Shown: in pieces, positions 48,280 through 58,542 of the stretch
How positions within the stretch are numbered: position 1 is the first letter of the stretch
Layout: every line of letters begins with the position of its first letter
NCBI GenBank assembly: GCA_964619725.1
Contig: CAZUFC010000017.1
Coordinates: 21,708 to 85,707, forward strand
Length of the DNA: 64,000 nt
Origin: an uncultured bacterium
GTDB taxonomy: Bacteria > CSSED10-310 > CAZUFC01
Reading direction: 5' to 3'
Position numbers and translations under genes: made by a program
Notes under the pieces: generated by a model
The model's database searches: none
The model's input: the letters and a program-made list of their open reading frames with translations, nothing else
What the model was told of the DNA's origin: nothing

Positions 48280-49317
48280 TTGACAAGGATGCTGAAAAAA
48301 CGGAAAACCAGAGCTTATTTCCTGTGGAAGCCTGATGACCGGTTAAGGAGGTATCTTGAGAAGGGACTGGACAGGTACGATGATGTGCGCCTTGTCTATT
48401 CCGGCGAGTTACCTCAAAAGCAGGAGCAACAATACATCGAAGAAGCGAACATCATCATCGGATGGCGGCCTGACAGTGAACTGATCGAAAAAGCGAGGAA
48501 CCTGTTTCTGTTCATAAATCCGGGCGCAGGCGTTCAGCATCTGCTGAAACTTTTTCGAGAGGTAACGAAAAATCGGACCATAAGACTGATCAACGGACAC
48601 GGCAACTCCTATTTTACAGCCCAGCATGCCCTGGCTTTACTTCTTGCCTTGACCAACATGGTGATTCATCATCATAACTGGATGAAAGACGGCAAATGGC
48701 GCATGGGCGATGAACAGGCCGCATCAACGCCGTTGCGAGACATTACCGTCGGATTCCTCGGTTACGGAGCAGTCAACCAAAAATTGCATCGCATAATGGC
48801 GGGATTTGACGTCGAGTTTGCGGCATGTCGGAACGATTGGAGCAAGCAAGTAAAACCGCTCCCCTCTCCATTGGAAAAATATTGCATCCCGGAACTGCAC
48901 GACTTCCTGAAAAAAATCGATATCCTATGCATCGCTGTTCCGCTGAATCCAGACACCACAGGCCTAATCAACAGTAAAGAACTTGCTCTGATGAAAACCA
49001 GCGGTTTGCTGGTCAATGTAGCAAGAGGTCCCGTCGTTGATGAAAAAGCGCTTTATGCCGCCCTTTCGGAGAAAAAAATTGCGGGTGCGGCGCTGGACGT
49101 CTGGTATGATTACAGACCCGAACCGGACGTTGAAAACAAAAAATACCCCTCGCATAAGCCCTTCCATCTATTGGACAACGTTATTCTTTCTCCCCATCGC
49201 AGCGCCTCTCCTTTCAGCGACCTGAAACGATGGGATGAGGTAATAGAAAATATTAAGAGGTTTCATCTCGGAGCGACGCATTTCCTGAACGTAGTGGATT
49301 TGGATGCAGGATATTAA
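48280..49317 (+). CDS. D-isomer-specific 2-hydroxyacid dehydrogenase
   Basis: GAGV, GFLGYGAV, VNVARG, ALDVW and SPH. Start may be the ATG at 48289. Confidence 0.9.
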   Translation: MTRMLKKRKTRAYFLWKPDDRLRRYLEKGLDRYDDVRLVYSGELPQKQEQQYIEEANIIIGWRPDSELIEKARNLFLFINPGAGVQHLLKLFREVTKNRTIRLINGHGNSYFTAQHALALLLALTNMVIHHHNWMKDGKWRMGDEQAASTPLRDITVGFLGYGAVNQKLHRIMAGFDVEFAACRNDWSKQVKPLPSPLEKYCIPELHDFLKKIDILCIAVPLNPDTTGLINSKELALMKTSGLLVNVARGPVVDEKALYAALSEKKIAGAALDVWYDYRPEPDVENKKYPSHKPFHLLDNVILSPHRSASPFSDLKRWDEVIENIKRFHLGATHFLNVVDLDAGY

Positions 49318-49585
49318 ACCAGGCACGCGGTCATTACTCCTTCAACAAAGAATTCGATCTGGTTCGTCTGCGCCTGGTAAACGATTTGATTCAGCTTATT
49401 ATGGATCAGGAACCACCCCGCCTTGCCAAGTAAAATTGTAAATTATTGTTCAAGTTTGCGGAGTCACCATTATTCATGGTTTGGCCGGCGAGGTTTAGTA
49501 TAATAAAATCAATATCTCAAAAAAGAAGGGGGGCCATCAATGAAGAAACGAAAAAATCCTTCAATGAATACCAGGCGCCCTTTAA

Positions 49586-52522
49586 TCAATCGCCCCAACT
49601 GAAAGTCCAGTTTCCCAGATTCCCAATAAGTTGCGTGACGTTCGGGTCTGTGAAAGCGCCGTAGAATTTAATGCCATTGGCCTGTCCTGTATCGGGCGGC
49701 CACAGGAATTCATCGATGACGATTAATTTTTCCAGTCCCGGTTGTATTTCAAGCGAATAGTAATCTATTCCGTCCTCGTAATAGGTCCAGGTGGGGGCAA
49801 ACCAGTATTCGTCGTAGACATCCAGTACAATGAACATGGGAAGACCGCTGATGACCTCTTCTGTGCGGTTGCATAACCAGGCCCACAGATAGCAGGGATC
49901 GCCTTCTATAAAATAATCTGAAGGCATTTCCAGAGTGACTCCTGTTTGATCGCACGGAAAAGTGGGGGAAGGGGAAGGAAGGGGAGTCGGGACAATTTGT
50001 GTGGGAACGGCAGTAGTAGTGAATGTCACGGTAGGCGGAACTTCTGTGGGAGTCCGCGTCGGCGTGCTGGTAGGCGTGGTAGGTGTTTCGGTCGGCGAGA
50101 CGGGGGTTTCGGTGGGTAATATCGGTGTTCCTGTCGGAAAGAGCGTCGGGGTTTCAGTAGGAACAGTCGGGGTGTTCGTGGGCGTATTCGTGGGGATGAC
50201 AGGGGTTTCCGTAAGCGCTGTCGGAGTATGGGTGGGCATTGTGGGCGTTTCTGTCGGCAGTGTCGGCGTCCCGGTCGGTAATGTACCGGTTGGGGTTCTG
50301 GTTGGAGTATCCGTAGGCATGGTTGGAGTTTCAGTTTCCGTGGGCTCAACCGGCGTTTCTGTCGGCAGCGTTGGGGTCTCTGTGGGCAGCGTCGGGGTTT
50401 CCGTGGGCTGTGTCGGGGTTTCTGTCGGCAGCGACGGTGTTTCCGTGGGTATAAAGGGCGTATCGGTAGGTCCTGCTGTCGGAGAAAACGTCGGAGTGGG
50501 AGTAACCATTTCCGTGTGATATCCCAGGTCGACCGTTTCCGCGTCATAACTGAGATCGGGCGCCACGCTCATTTCATTCATGCAAAGCGGTCCCGAGCTG
50601 AGATTAATATAGATATTTTCCGCAAGATCGCTTCCGATATTCAGGCATGGCGATGAATAATCCAGATGGTAGCTGCCGTAAGGACCAGAAGCGAATTGAG
50701 GATTCTGAGAGATATTGTCGGAACCCGGTCCTGTCCATCCGAAGCGCACATCGGAATAGGATATGGTAACGGTCCCGTCTTCGATATATATTTCGTCATC
50801 CTGCACGTCCGCATCCCAGAGGATGGAATTGATGATATTGACTTCAGCGCCGGAATCGCAATACAACCCCTGTCCATGACCTTCGGGAGCGGTTTCGTTA
50901 TCCGCGATGGTGCAGTTGCTGATCTCGATGTCGGCGCCTCCTGAAAAGACTGAGGCGTAAATCGCTCCTCCGTTCCGTTGGGTATAATTGTCTACAATCA
51001 TGCAGTTGGAGACGACCGAATCGCCCCACAGACATAACGCTCCGCCGCTGGGATCGTATTCCGGATTGCACAATCCCTGGTTTCCTTCAAACCAGCAGTT
51101 ATAGATATTGATGACAGCGGTATTGCAAATAGCGCCGCATCCGCTCAATCCGGTTTCAACGGCAGTCTTGTTGTCCCGGAAAATGCAGTATTCAAGCGTA
51201 GCGATTGCGTCGGCTTTATTCATCATGGCGCCGCCTTCTCCCCGGGCCATATTATTATCGATGGTACATCGCCGGAACAAAGGTTGAGAATTATTGTAAG
51301 AACACAACGCTCCTCCCTGGCTGTTGCTGGTGTTGTAGGAAAACAAGCAGTTCGTAATAGTGGGATTGGAGCCGAATTCACATGAAATTCCTCCGCCCGG
51401 ACCATACGCATGGTTGTTGATGAATCGGCAATTAGAGATGTTTGGATTCGAACTGTTCTGGGTCAGCAAACCTGCGCCGGTTCGACCGACATTCCCGTCG
51501 AACAGGCAATCGGTCACGGTCGGATGGGAGCCGGCATGAATAAATATCCCTCCTCCACCGTCTATGAATACGCTGAAACCTATATTTTCGATAAATTCAC
51601 AGCCGGAAATCTGAGCATCTGAACCGTCTGTGCAGGCAATTCCACCGCCGCCTATTCCCGCATCATTTTTGTAGAACCTGCAATCCGATATTATCGGCGA
51701 ATTTTGCCGGCACATAATGCCGCCTCCGTACGAACACTGTGAATTAATCTCCATGGGATTCTCCAGCACGCAATCGATGATGGATGGAGCCGTGCCGTCG
51801 CAATAAATTCCTGCCCCATGTTCATAAGGAACCGAGGCGTTGCGGATGGTCAGACTCATAATGACGGCATCATTGCCTTCGCCGCTGTGCAGATGAAAAC
51901 CTCGCCCTTCACCCATACAATCGATGACCGTATCGTTCCTGTCCCCTTCGCCGGACACGGTGATGGCCTTACCCAGGAAGTCCAGGTTCTTGTTGTCTGC
52001 GCCGATATAAGTCCCCGGTGCGATAAGAATTGTATCCCCGCTCACGCAAGCGTTGATCGCTTCAGATATCGTGGAATAATCATCAGGTACCCGGCGAACG
52101 GCCCCGCCTGTCGGCGTTGAAGTCGGCGTCGGCGTCTCGGTAGGGGAAGGACTCGGCGTAAGCGTCGGCGAGGGAGTAAGGTATGAAATTTCCCGGGTCA
52201 ACAGATTTCCGTTCGGATCGTAAGTATAATCAATGATCATCCCATTGCCGTAATCCGCTTGTATCAGTCTTCCGGCATCGTCGTACAGGAATTCGACTGT
52301 CGATGCCGCAGCGAATGGCGCGAATGGCGATATTCCTGAAATAATAAGCAACAGGATTGATGCGGCCAAAAGCGCCGGGAACGAATTGTGCCTGACGGTC
52401 TCATTCGTTTCATTTCCGCTCCCTGGAATCCTGCCGTCGGCTTGCTTCGTCAGATCAACGGAAGTATGCTGATTACAGATACCGCAGTAAATAACTTGTC
52501 GCGTTTTCTCTTCATGTTTCAT
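49586..52522 (-). CDS. Secreted adhesin-like protein: N-terminal YD hairpin, right-handed beta-helix (GGAI/FxxN repeats), Pro/Thr stalk and C-terminal aromatic beta domain
   Basis: Signal ...APFAAA, then YDDAGRL...YTYDPNGNL; VPDDYSTISEAI..GDTI..APGTY; repeated C.F..N..GGGI; about 180 aa of TPT/ETP repeats. Confidence 0.87.
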   Translation of the reverse strand: MKHEEKTRQVIYCGICNQHTSVDLTKQADGRIPGSGNETNETVRHNSFPALLAASILLLIISGISPFAPFAAASTVEFLYDDAGRLIQADYGNGMIIDYTYDPNGNLLTREISYLTPSPTLTPSPSPTETPTPTSTPTGGAVRRVPDDYSTISEAINACVSGDTILIAPGTYIGADNKNLDFLGKAITVSGEGDRNDTVIDCMGEGRGFHLHSGEGNDAVIMSLTIRNASVPYEHGAGIYCDGTAPSIIDCVLENPMEINSQCSYGGGIMCRQNSPIISDCRFYKNDAGIGGGGIACTDGSDAQISGCEFIENIGFSVFIDGGGGIFIHAGSHPTVTDCLFDGNVGRTGAGLLTQNSSNPNISNCRFINNHAYGPGGGISCEFGSNPTITNCLFSYNTSNSQGGALCSYNNSQPLFRRCTIDNNMARGEGGAMMNKADAIATLEYCIFRDNKTAVETGLSGCGAICNTAVINIYNCWFEGNQGLCNPEYDPSGGALCLWGDSVVSNCMIVDNYTQRNGGAIYASVFSGGADIEISNCTIADNETAPEGHGQGLYCDSGAEVNIINSILWDADVQDDEIYIEDGTVTISYSDVRFGWTGPGSDNISQNPQFASGPYGSYHLDYSSPCLNIGSDLAENIYINLSSGPLCMNEMSVAPDLSYDAETVDLGYHTEMVTPTPTFSPTAGPTDTPFIPTETPSLPTETPTQPTETPTLPTETPTLPTETPVEPTETETPTMPTDTPTRTPTGTLPTGTPTLPTETPTMPTHTPTALTETPVIPTNTPTNTPTVPTETPTLFPTGTPILPTETPVSPTETPTTPTSTPTRTPTEVPPTVTFTTTAVPTQIVPTPLPSPSPTFPCDQTGVTLEMPSDYFIEGDPCYLWAWLCNRTEEVISGLPMFIVLDVYDEYWFAPTWTYYEDGIDYYSLEIQPGLEKLIVIDEFLWPPDTGQANGIKFYGAFTDPNVTQLIGNLGNWTFSWGD
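49960..50510 (-). repeat. Pro/Thr-rich coding repeats (7-aa unit, approx. TETPTLP)
   Basis: Degenerate 21-bp repeats such as GGCGTTTCTGTCGGCAG on the plus strand. Confidence 0.85.
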
Positions 52523-52545
52523 AATATCATCTCCCTTCCGTATAT

Positions 52546-55500
52546 CTAACGACGAAAGCCTGCCGGCGCCGACGGCGGTTTTTCGACCAGTTCTCCCGTT
52601 TCCGAATCGAATACGGGCTGCTCATCTGACGATTCGATAGCAGCATAGGATTCTATTAATTCCGATTGACGTGCTACATGCTCACACATGCGTTTGTGTT
52701 CCTTCATTTCATCGGCAGTGACCAGGGTATTGCTGGGAGCCAAAAAATACCTGCCGTAACCGATAGCGTTCTGCACCGTAATTAAAACGGCAGCGACTGC
52801 GGGGTGCAATCCTGCTCCTCCCATTATCTTTGAGAGAATATTAACTCCTCTGGCGCCGTAATATCCGGCCTGGGCGCCTTTTTGAGCCCATTCGGCGATA
52901 TCCCAGCCCGTCCAGGGATTCCCGCCGCCCGTTAAATTCAATGTCTGGTACTTCCCTTGAATCATGGGCCACATATCGATCATCCTTTCCAGTTGTTCGA
53001 TGGCTCTTTGAAATTCATAAGCCCGGGCCAGATAGTCGTTCGGCTGGTTAAGCATATCCGTCGGGCTTAAACCATCCGGATCTGTAAATTTGAGCGGATT
53101 CTGATTAGCGTAATGGTAAGGGTTGACGCCGTAAGGGTCTCCTTCCCTCGGCGACAGCGGATCACGCGATATGAACCGGGCGGTCAATGCATCGTAATAC
53201 CTGTTGCGCATCTGATAAAAATTATCGCACGCGCTTTCCCGTCGAACGCCCCATTCGCCTGCGAAAGTGAACGGTTGATCGCTGGTTCCTGTATGAGCGA
53301 GCAATTTTCCATAGGGTGAATAGGCGTATGCATCCGTTACGTCGCCCGATTGATCGGTTAGACAAAGCGTATTGCCCACCTGGTCGAAATGATAAAAATA
53401 AGCGGAAAAACCGTCCTGCGCATCAATCATGTAGATCAGTCTGCCCTCCGGCGTATAAACGTAATAACGAAGCCATCCCGAAGCATCCTTTTCCGCTGCG
53501 GCAGGTTCCCTCTCTATCCCGTAGTTATAGTAGTATTCCTTTGTTTCAATGCCTTCCGTCCTTTCATTCAGGTTATCCAGGCCGTTGTAGTTAAGCGAAA
53601 CAGCATTCAAGGCAGTCAGACGATCTCCGGCATCCCAGCCGTAGGAGTCAGCCCCGGCATCTTCCGTTAAACGCCCCTGGCCGTCATAAATGTAACCTGC
53701 AGCGCTGACCTGCGATGCATCATCATAGGTAAAATCTTCCGTCGTTCCCGCCAGGTTATCGGCAGGATCGAGCGGCAGAGTCTGTTCCAGGCGCGTTATC
53801 TGTCCTGCGGCATCGTATTGGAATTGCAGATCAGCTATGGTACCATGCTCTATTCCGGTCAACCGGTCGGCAGCGTCAAAAGTAAAATAGGTGTGAACGT
53901 TGTTGGCCCGGGCAATGGTCGTCAATCTCCAGGCTTCGTCATAATCGAAATATACCTGTATGCCGGTCAAACTGTCGTAGGTGCGAGTAAGTAAACCGCT
54001 GGAATTGTCATAGAAATAATCCACCTCGAAATATCCATCGACATATGAGACGGTTTCCAGCCTTCCGCCTGCACTGAACTCGGCATCAAAACCAACGCCG
54101 TCATGATTGACCGTTCGGGTAAAATTACCCTCTTCATCATATTGAAACTGGATTCCGTCGCCGTCCGTCAACAGGTTAAGATCAGCATCATAAGCATAAT
54201 CAAGCGTTAATCCCGTATCATAACTGCGCTGAACCGTATTGCCCGCTTCGTCGAAAAGCGTCGTCATTTCATAACCGTCCGGATATGTCACCGTCGACAT
54301 GCGTCCCCGGCCGTCATAAGTATAACTCCATTCATTGCTCAAAGGATCGATATATCTGGTGGTCCTGTTGAAAGGACTCCTTTCGAATTCCCAGTCTTTT
54401 CCATTGGCATCAGTAATTCGAGCTACATCTCCGCAATTGTTTCGCTCGTAATAAATGCTTCCGATATCGGGCACATCGAAACTGTTCAAGCTGTCCCACC
54501 CATTATAATGATAAAACGTTGTCCGTGATAAAGGGTCCATGCTTGAAGTTTGACGCTGCATGACGTCGCGCTCGTATTCCATTTCATCGGCATGGGGATC
54601 GATTATCTTCGTTACTCTTCCCATCGCATTCGTTTCGTATTGCGTTTCATGCCCCAGGGGGGTCGTTTCCGATATCACAGCGCCCTCGGCATCATATTCC
54701 GTCGTCCGCTCTTCGCCGTCTATCATTTTGCTGGTGAGTCTTCCCGCAGGATCATAACCGTAATGAATCGCAACGTTATCAGGTCCGGTTTCCCTGGTTA
54801 GCCTGTCCTGAGCGTCATATTCGAATGTAGTCGTCCCACCTCTCCTGTTCGTGTAAGTCTGAAGCCTGTCCATCAGATCGTAAGCGCGTATGAACGTATT
54901 GCTTTTGGGGTCAGAAGTTAAAGTTAGATTGCCGTTGGCACCATAATAATATTGCCAGGTATTTCCTCTTTCATCCGTCGCCTTGGTCCGCCTGTCCAGA
55001 TCGTCATAGAGCGCCTGAACATCGGTCATGTCAGGATATACCGTCATAGTTCTGCGTCCGGGAATATCATAGTAATAACTCACCGTCCCGGTTTCCGGCT
55101 CGGTTTCAGAGCCTAGCGTGCCGTCTGCATTATAAACATATTGAGTTACTCCGCCGCTCGGATTCGTCCTCGTCTCACGTTGACCGATAATCGTATAAGT
55201 AAATTGAGTCGTTTCACCCGCTCGATCCGTATAGGTCAGAATATTGCCGTTTTCATCATGCGTAAAAATTTCCGCGGTGCCGTCAGGATATGAAATGGAT
55301 GTAAGGTTATAATAAACATCAGCATCCCGGCTATTCTCAGCCGCTTTTTTCGACCTGGTTTCATAGACGTATTCTACCGTATCCTGCTCCGCGTTGGTCC
55401 TGGACGCTATCTTCCCGGTCAACGCGTCGTAAGTGAATTCAGTGATGCCGCCGTTGCGGTCCGTCAGTCTGGTCAACTGTCCTGAACCGTTGTATTCGTA

Positions 55501-58500
55501 ATATGCCGAGTTGCCGTTTTCATCCTGCACACGCGTCCTGTTGCCTTCTCGGTTGTAAAACGTTATGTTCTGATATCCCCGGTCATCTTCGAACATGTTC
55601 CTGTAGCCGCTGAAATAAAATGTGCGCATTACCGTATCATAAGCGTTTTTCTGCGTTCTGACGCGACCCAGGTCATCATACGTGTTGATCGTCAATGCAT
55701 ATCCCCTGGGTTTGACGATGCTCGTCAACCTGCTTTCAGAATTATACTGATACTCGTAATGATTCATCATCGCATCGGTATATCGGGTCAGAAGTCCGTC
55801 CGTATATTCATACTGAACGACTCGACCGGAAAAATCTTCAGCCTGGATCAATCTGCCGTCGTCGTAAGTAAATTCGAGCGTCCTGCCGAAACAGTCTTCC
55901 ACCGTTTCAAGATATCCATCAAAGTTATAAGAAAATGAAGCAGCAATACCGTTCTTGTCGGTCCAAACCTCAATCCTGCCTAACTCATTGAAATCGTATC
56001 GCGTTCCGAAGGGCTCCGAAACGTATTTCGTCGGTCCGTCGCTTACTATCCGCATTCCCGTGGTTGGAGGAGCATAATAACTGCCGTCCGGCAGTCTGCA
56101 GAACATGAAGGTCTTGTTATGCAACTCAACGACTACGGCATTATCGATCAACTGATCAACGTTCCATTTGGCGATCAGATCGCCGACTATCCAGAGTTCA
56201 ATATCCGTCGAATCGTCCAGGACGTCCTGCAGAACATAAGCTGCAGCAATTGCCGCAGAAGCTTCAATAGCGCTTCTCGTGCCCAGGCCTGCCGCTTCAT
56301 TGCTGCATTCGCTCATGTACATGTTGTAGTCATGGTCCCAACCCGGTCCCAGCGGCGTTGAGCGAATAACGTCCGCCGAATTGTAATATCGACGGAAATC
56401 CAACCCCATGGGCTCGCTTTCTCCGAAACTTAGATCAACCGTATCGTGAAGAAAAGCCCCCGTGTACATGTCCACAGGATCGCCCGCATGCTCATGAAAC
56501 CACTTCTGACGCTCCCTGAGCAGGTGAAGCGCTATAATGGCCGTATCCCGCGTTATCATGACGCCCTTTTGGGAACCCCAGGAACCGTTATAGAGTCCTG
56601 AAATCAGCATCCCCATTCCCAGCGTGGAACCGTCGAAATAGTAGCTGATGAAACCCGTTCCCTGCCAGTCGTTCAGGACCATACCCCCGTCTTCAGGCAA
56701 TACTATCGTCCAACCCTGCGAAATGTAATTTTCGATGATACTTATCGTTCCCGGAAGATAATTTATCAATTCCGGTTGTATCGAAGCCCAGTTGTCCGAA
56801 TCTGCAGAAAAAGTCCTGTCCCCGGCCTGGTTGTTCATCTGAAGAAGCTTCACCGTTGAAACTGCAGGATTGGAACTGTCCTGCTTCTGTTCGAGTATTC
56901 CATGCTCGAAAGCGCTGGACATCATTATCCTGGCCCTGGTCGCCTGACGCTTCCTAACCTGGTCGTAATGCACGGACGAAGCGCTGAAATTCCCCATCTG
57001 CATGTCTATAAAATAACCGTCCTCCTGACCGACGACCCCAATCGTATGATGCGTCACGAAAACCACATCTGCCGCCGATCCGAGGATGTCGGCGAAACGG
57101 CTTTCTTCCAATAAATAGTTTAATCCTACGTCCATCAGCGTTTTGCCCAGGATGGACTGGGACTCAGGATCATATCCCGCCTGGAATAACGCATTCAGCT
57201 CCGATCCGTGCTTGTCGAGCAGTTCCTGCGACACGCTTTCCCAATCGGAAAAAATAGCGAAACTGCCGCCGCTTCTCAAACTGTAAGTTCCCGTCGCATC
57301 AGCATATGTTCCGCCGTACGCGGCATAAGGATGATCCGCCGTTATGGTGAGATCATATCGCTCTCCAGGAGTCGATGGATTGCCCGTCGATATCAGCTCT
57401 CCCTCCAGATACAGTTCCGGAGCATTCCCCGCGCCGCTGTAAAATATGTTCATCGTTTTCCCGGATATCTCATACGTATTGAACAATTGACTGATCCCCA
57501 GATGATCGATCTGCATGGTATGGCGATACTCCTGGGGCAACTCCGAATATACGGTTTCATCAATTACCGATACCGCAAAGGGCAAAGTCGTAGGATATTG
57601 CGTCAGCTCCTCCGGGATCGTTCGTCTGCCGCTGACGACCTCCGACAGGGACGCTTCCGGCATATTAGTTTCTATGTAAGCCTGCAACGCCGCGCTCATG
57701 TCGTACATTCCACTTTGAACGTTCGGTTCGTTGACGTCCCTGACATAATCCTGTCCGGAACTTGAACCCTCCAGCGCCGACGTCAGAAATGTCTCACGAT
57801 CATAACCCAGCGCCGACTCAAGATCGATGCCTGATTCGTATTCATACTCCTTCATGGCAGGATCGAAAATGTAATCCGTTCCCCCTATATTCGCCTGAAC
57901 CCATACGCGCGTTATCATGAATTCTTCCGTCGGAGGATTGGCAGTCGTCGGTATACCCCCGTTCGTCAATACCTTCCATACCGCATCCATCTCCTCATCG
58001 ACTCCCGTCCAGTTCGCCAAACGCTCCATTGAATAAACGACGTCCCCTATCACATAATCAGCCGTATATCCCGCCTCCCGCATCAATGTTATAAATAACG
58101 ATGCCTGGTCGCAATCGTTCCCTCTTCTCGCCAGTAAAGTCGCCGTCGCTCCGTTCGCGGAACCGAAAAATGGCCTGTAGTCTATATAATTATGAACGAA
58201 ATCGAACAGCAGAAAAGGGTCGCCCTCAAGCGCATTCACCAGCTCCGTTATGTCCGCCGTCGCCTCTGTTTCGGATTTAGAAACACTGTCTCGCGCTCCC
58301 TTCACTTCTCCTCTCCTGAAAAGAACTTCCCGCGCCTCCGACGGACTCACCGACTCTCCCGTTACCGCCCTCCATCCCGGAACGTATAAGACCCTCTGCA
58401 CTCCTTCCTTCTCCGCATGCAACGACGGCGTGAAAACCCCGTTCATCAATGCAATACATATTAAACCTGATAAAATGATCACCCTTGAAGACGGCCATGA

Positions 58501-58542
58501 ATAATCACCCCACCGCCTATTCAATAAAAATCCTGAGTTCAT
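52546..58542 (-). CDS. RHS/YD-repeat protein with transglutaminase-like N-terminus, DUF6531-like plug and 173-aa C-terminal tip
   Basis: Signal-like N-terminus; FDFVHN..Y..FFGS..GA..TL..RRGNDCDQASL; GDPVDMYTG..FRRYYNS..LGPGWDH; many YD repeats; core RYYD...RFISRDP...NPYHYA.QNP..FTDPDG. Confidence 0.92.
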   Translation of the reverse strand: MNSGFLLNRRWGDYSWPSSRVIILSGLICIALMNGVFTPSLHAEKEGVQRVLYVPGWRAVTGESVSPSEAREVLFRRGEVKGARDSVSKSETEATADITELVNALEGDPFLLFDFVHNYIDYRPFFGSANGATATLLARRGNDCDQASLFITLMREAGYTADYVIGDVVYSMERLANWTGVDEEMDAVWKVLTNGGIPTTANPPTEEFMITRVWVQANIGGTDYIFDPAMKEYEYESGIDLESALGYDRETFLTSALEGSSSGQDYVRDVNEPNVQSGMYDMSAALQAYIETNMPEASLSEVVSGRRTIPEELTQYPTTLPFAVSVIDETVYSELPQEYRHTMQIDHLGISQLFNTYEISGKTMNIFYSGAGNAPELYLEGELISTGNPSTPGERYDLTITADHPYAAYGGTYADATGTYSLRSGGSFAIFSDWESVSQELLDKHGSELNALFQAGYDPESQSILGKTLMDVGLNYLLEESRFADILGSAADVVFVTHHTIGVVGQEDGYFIDMQMGNFSASSVHYDQVRKRQATRARIMMSSAFEHGILEQKQDSSNPAVSTVKLLQMNNQAGDRTFSADSDNWASIQPELINYLPGTISIIENYISQGWTIVLPEDGGMVLNDWQGTGFISYYFDGSTLGMGMLISGLYNGSWGSQKGVMITRDTAIIALHLLRERQKWFHEHAGDPVDMYTGAFLHDTVDLSFGESEPMGLDFRRYYNSADVIRSTPLGPGWDHDYNMYMSECSNEAAGLGTRSAIEASAAIAAAYVLQDVLDDSTDIELWIVGDLIAKWNVDQLIDNAVVVELHNKTFMFCRLPDGSYYAPPTTGMRIVSDGPTKYVSEPFGTRYDFNELGRIEVWTDKNGIAASFSYNFDGYLETVEDCFGRTLEFTYDDGRLIQAEDFSGRVVQYEYTDGLLTRYTDAMMNHYEYQYNSESRLTSIVKPRGYALTINTYDDLGRVRTQKNAYDTVMRTFYFSGYRNMFEDDRGYQNITFYNREGNRTRVQDENGNSAYYEYNGSGQLTRLTDRNGGITEFTYDALTGKIASRTNAEQDTVEYVYETRSKKAAENSRDADVYYNLTSISYPDGTAEIFTHDENGNILTYTDRAGETTQFTYTIIGQRETRTNPSGGVTQYVYNADGTLGSETEPETGTVSYYYDIPGRRTMTVYPDMTDVQALYDDLDRRTKATDERGNTWQYYYGANGNLTLTSDPKSNTFIRAYDLMDRLQTYTNRRGGTTTFEYDAQDRLTRETGPDNVAIHYGYDPAGRLTSKMIDGEERTTEYDAEGAVISETTPLGHETQYETNAMGRVTKIIDPHADEMEYERDVMQRQTSSMDPLSRTTFYHYNGWDSLNSFDVPDIGSIYYERNNCGDVARITDANGKDWEFERSPFNRTTRYIDPLSNEWSYTYDGRGRMSTVTYPDGYEMTTLFDEAGNTVQRSYDTGLTLDYAYDADLNLLTDGDGIQFQYDEEGNFTRTVNHDGVGFDAEFSAGGRLETVSYVDGYFEVDYFYDNSSGLLTRTYDSLTGIQVYFDYDEAWRLTTIARANNVHTYFTFDAADRLTGIEHGTIADLQFQYDAAGQITRLEQTLPLDPADNLAGTTEDFTYDDASQVSAAGYIYDGQGRLTEDAGADSYGWDAGDRLTALNAVSLNYNGLDNLNERTEGIETKEYYYNYGIEREPAAAEKDASGWLRYYVYTPEGRLIYMIDAQDGFSAYFYHFDQVGNTLCLTDQSGDVTDAYAYSPYGKLLAHTGTSDQPFTFAGEWGVRRESACDNFYQMRNRYYDALTARFISRDPLSPREGDPYGVNPYHYANQNPLKFTDPDGLSPTDMLNQPNDYLARAYEFQRAIEQLERMIDMWPMIQGKYQTLNLTGGGNPWTGWDIAEWAQKGAQAGYYGARGVNILSKIMGGAGLHPAVAAVLITVQNAIGYGRYFLAPSNTLVTADEMKEHKRMCEHVARQSELIESYAAIESSDEQPVFDSETGELVEKPPSAPAGFRR

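Noticed and set aside
49962-50519. 185-aa Val/Gly-rich ORF on the plus strand
   Set aside because: It is the antisense shadow of the Pro/Thr repeat.
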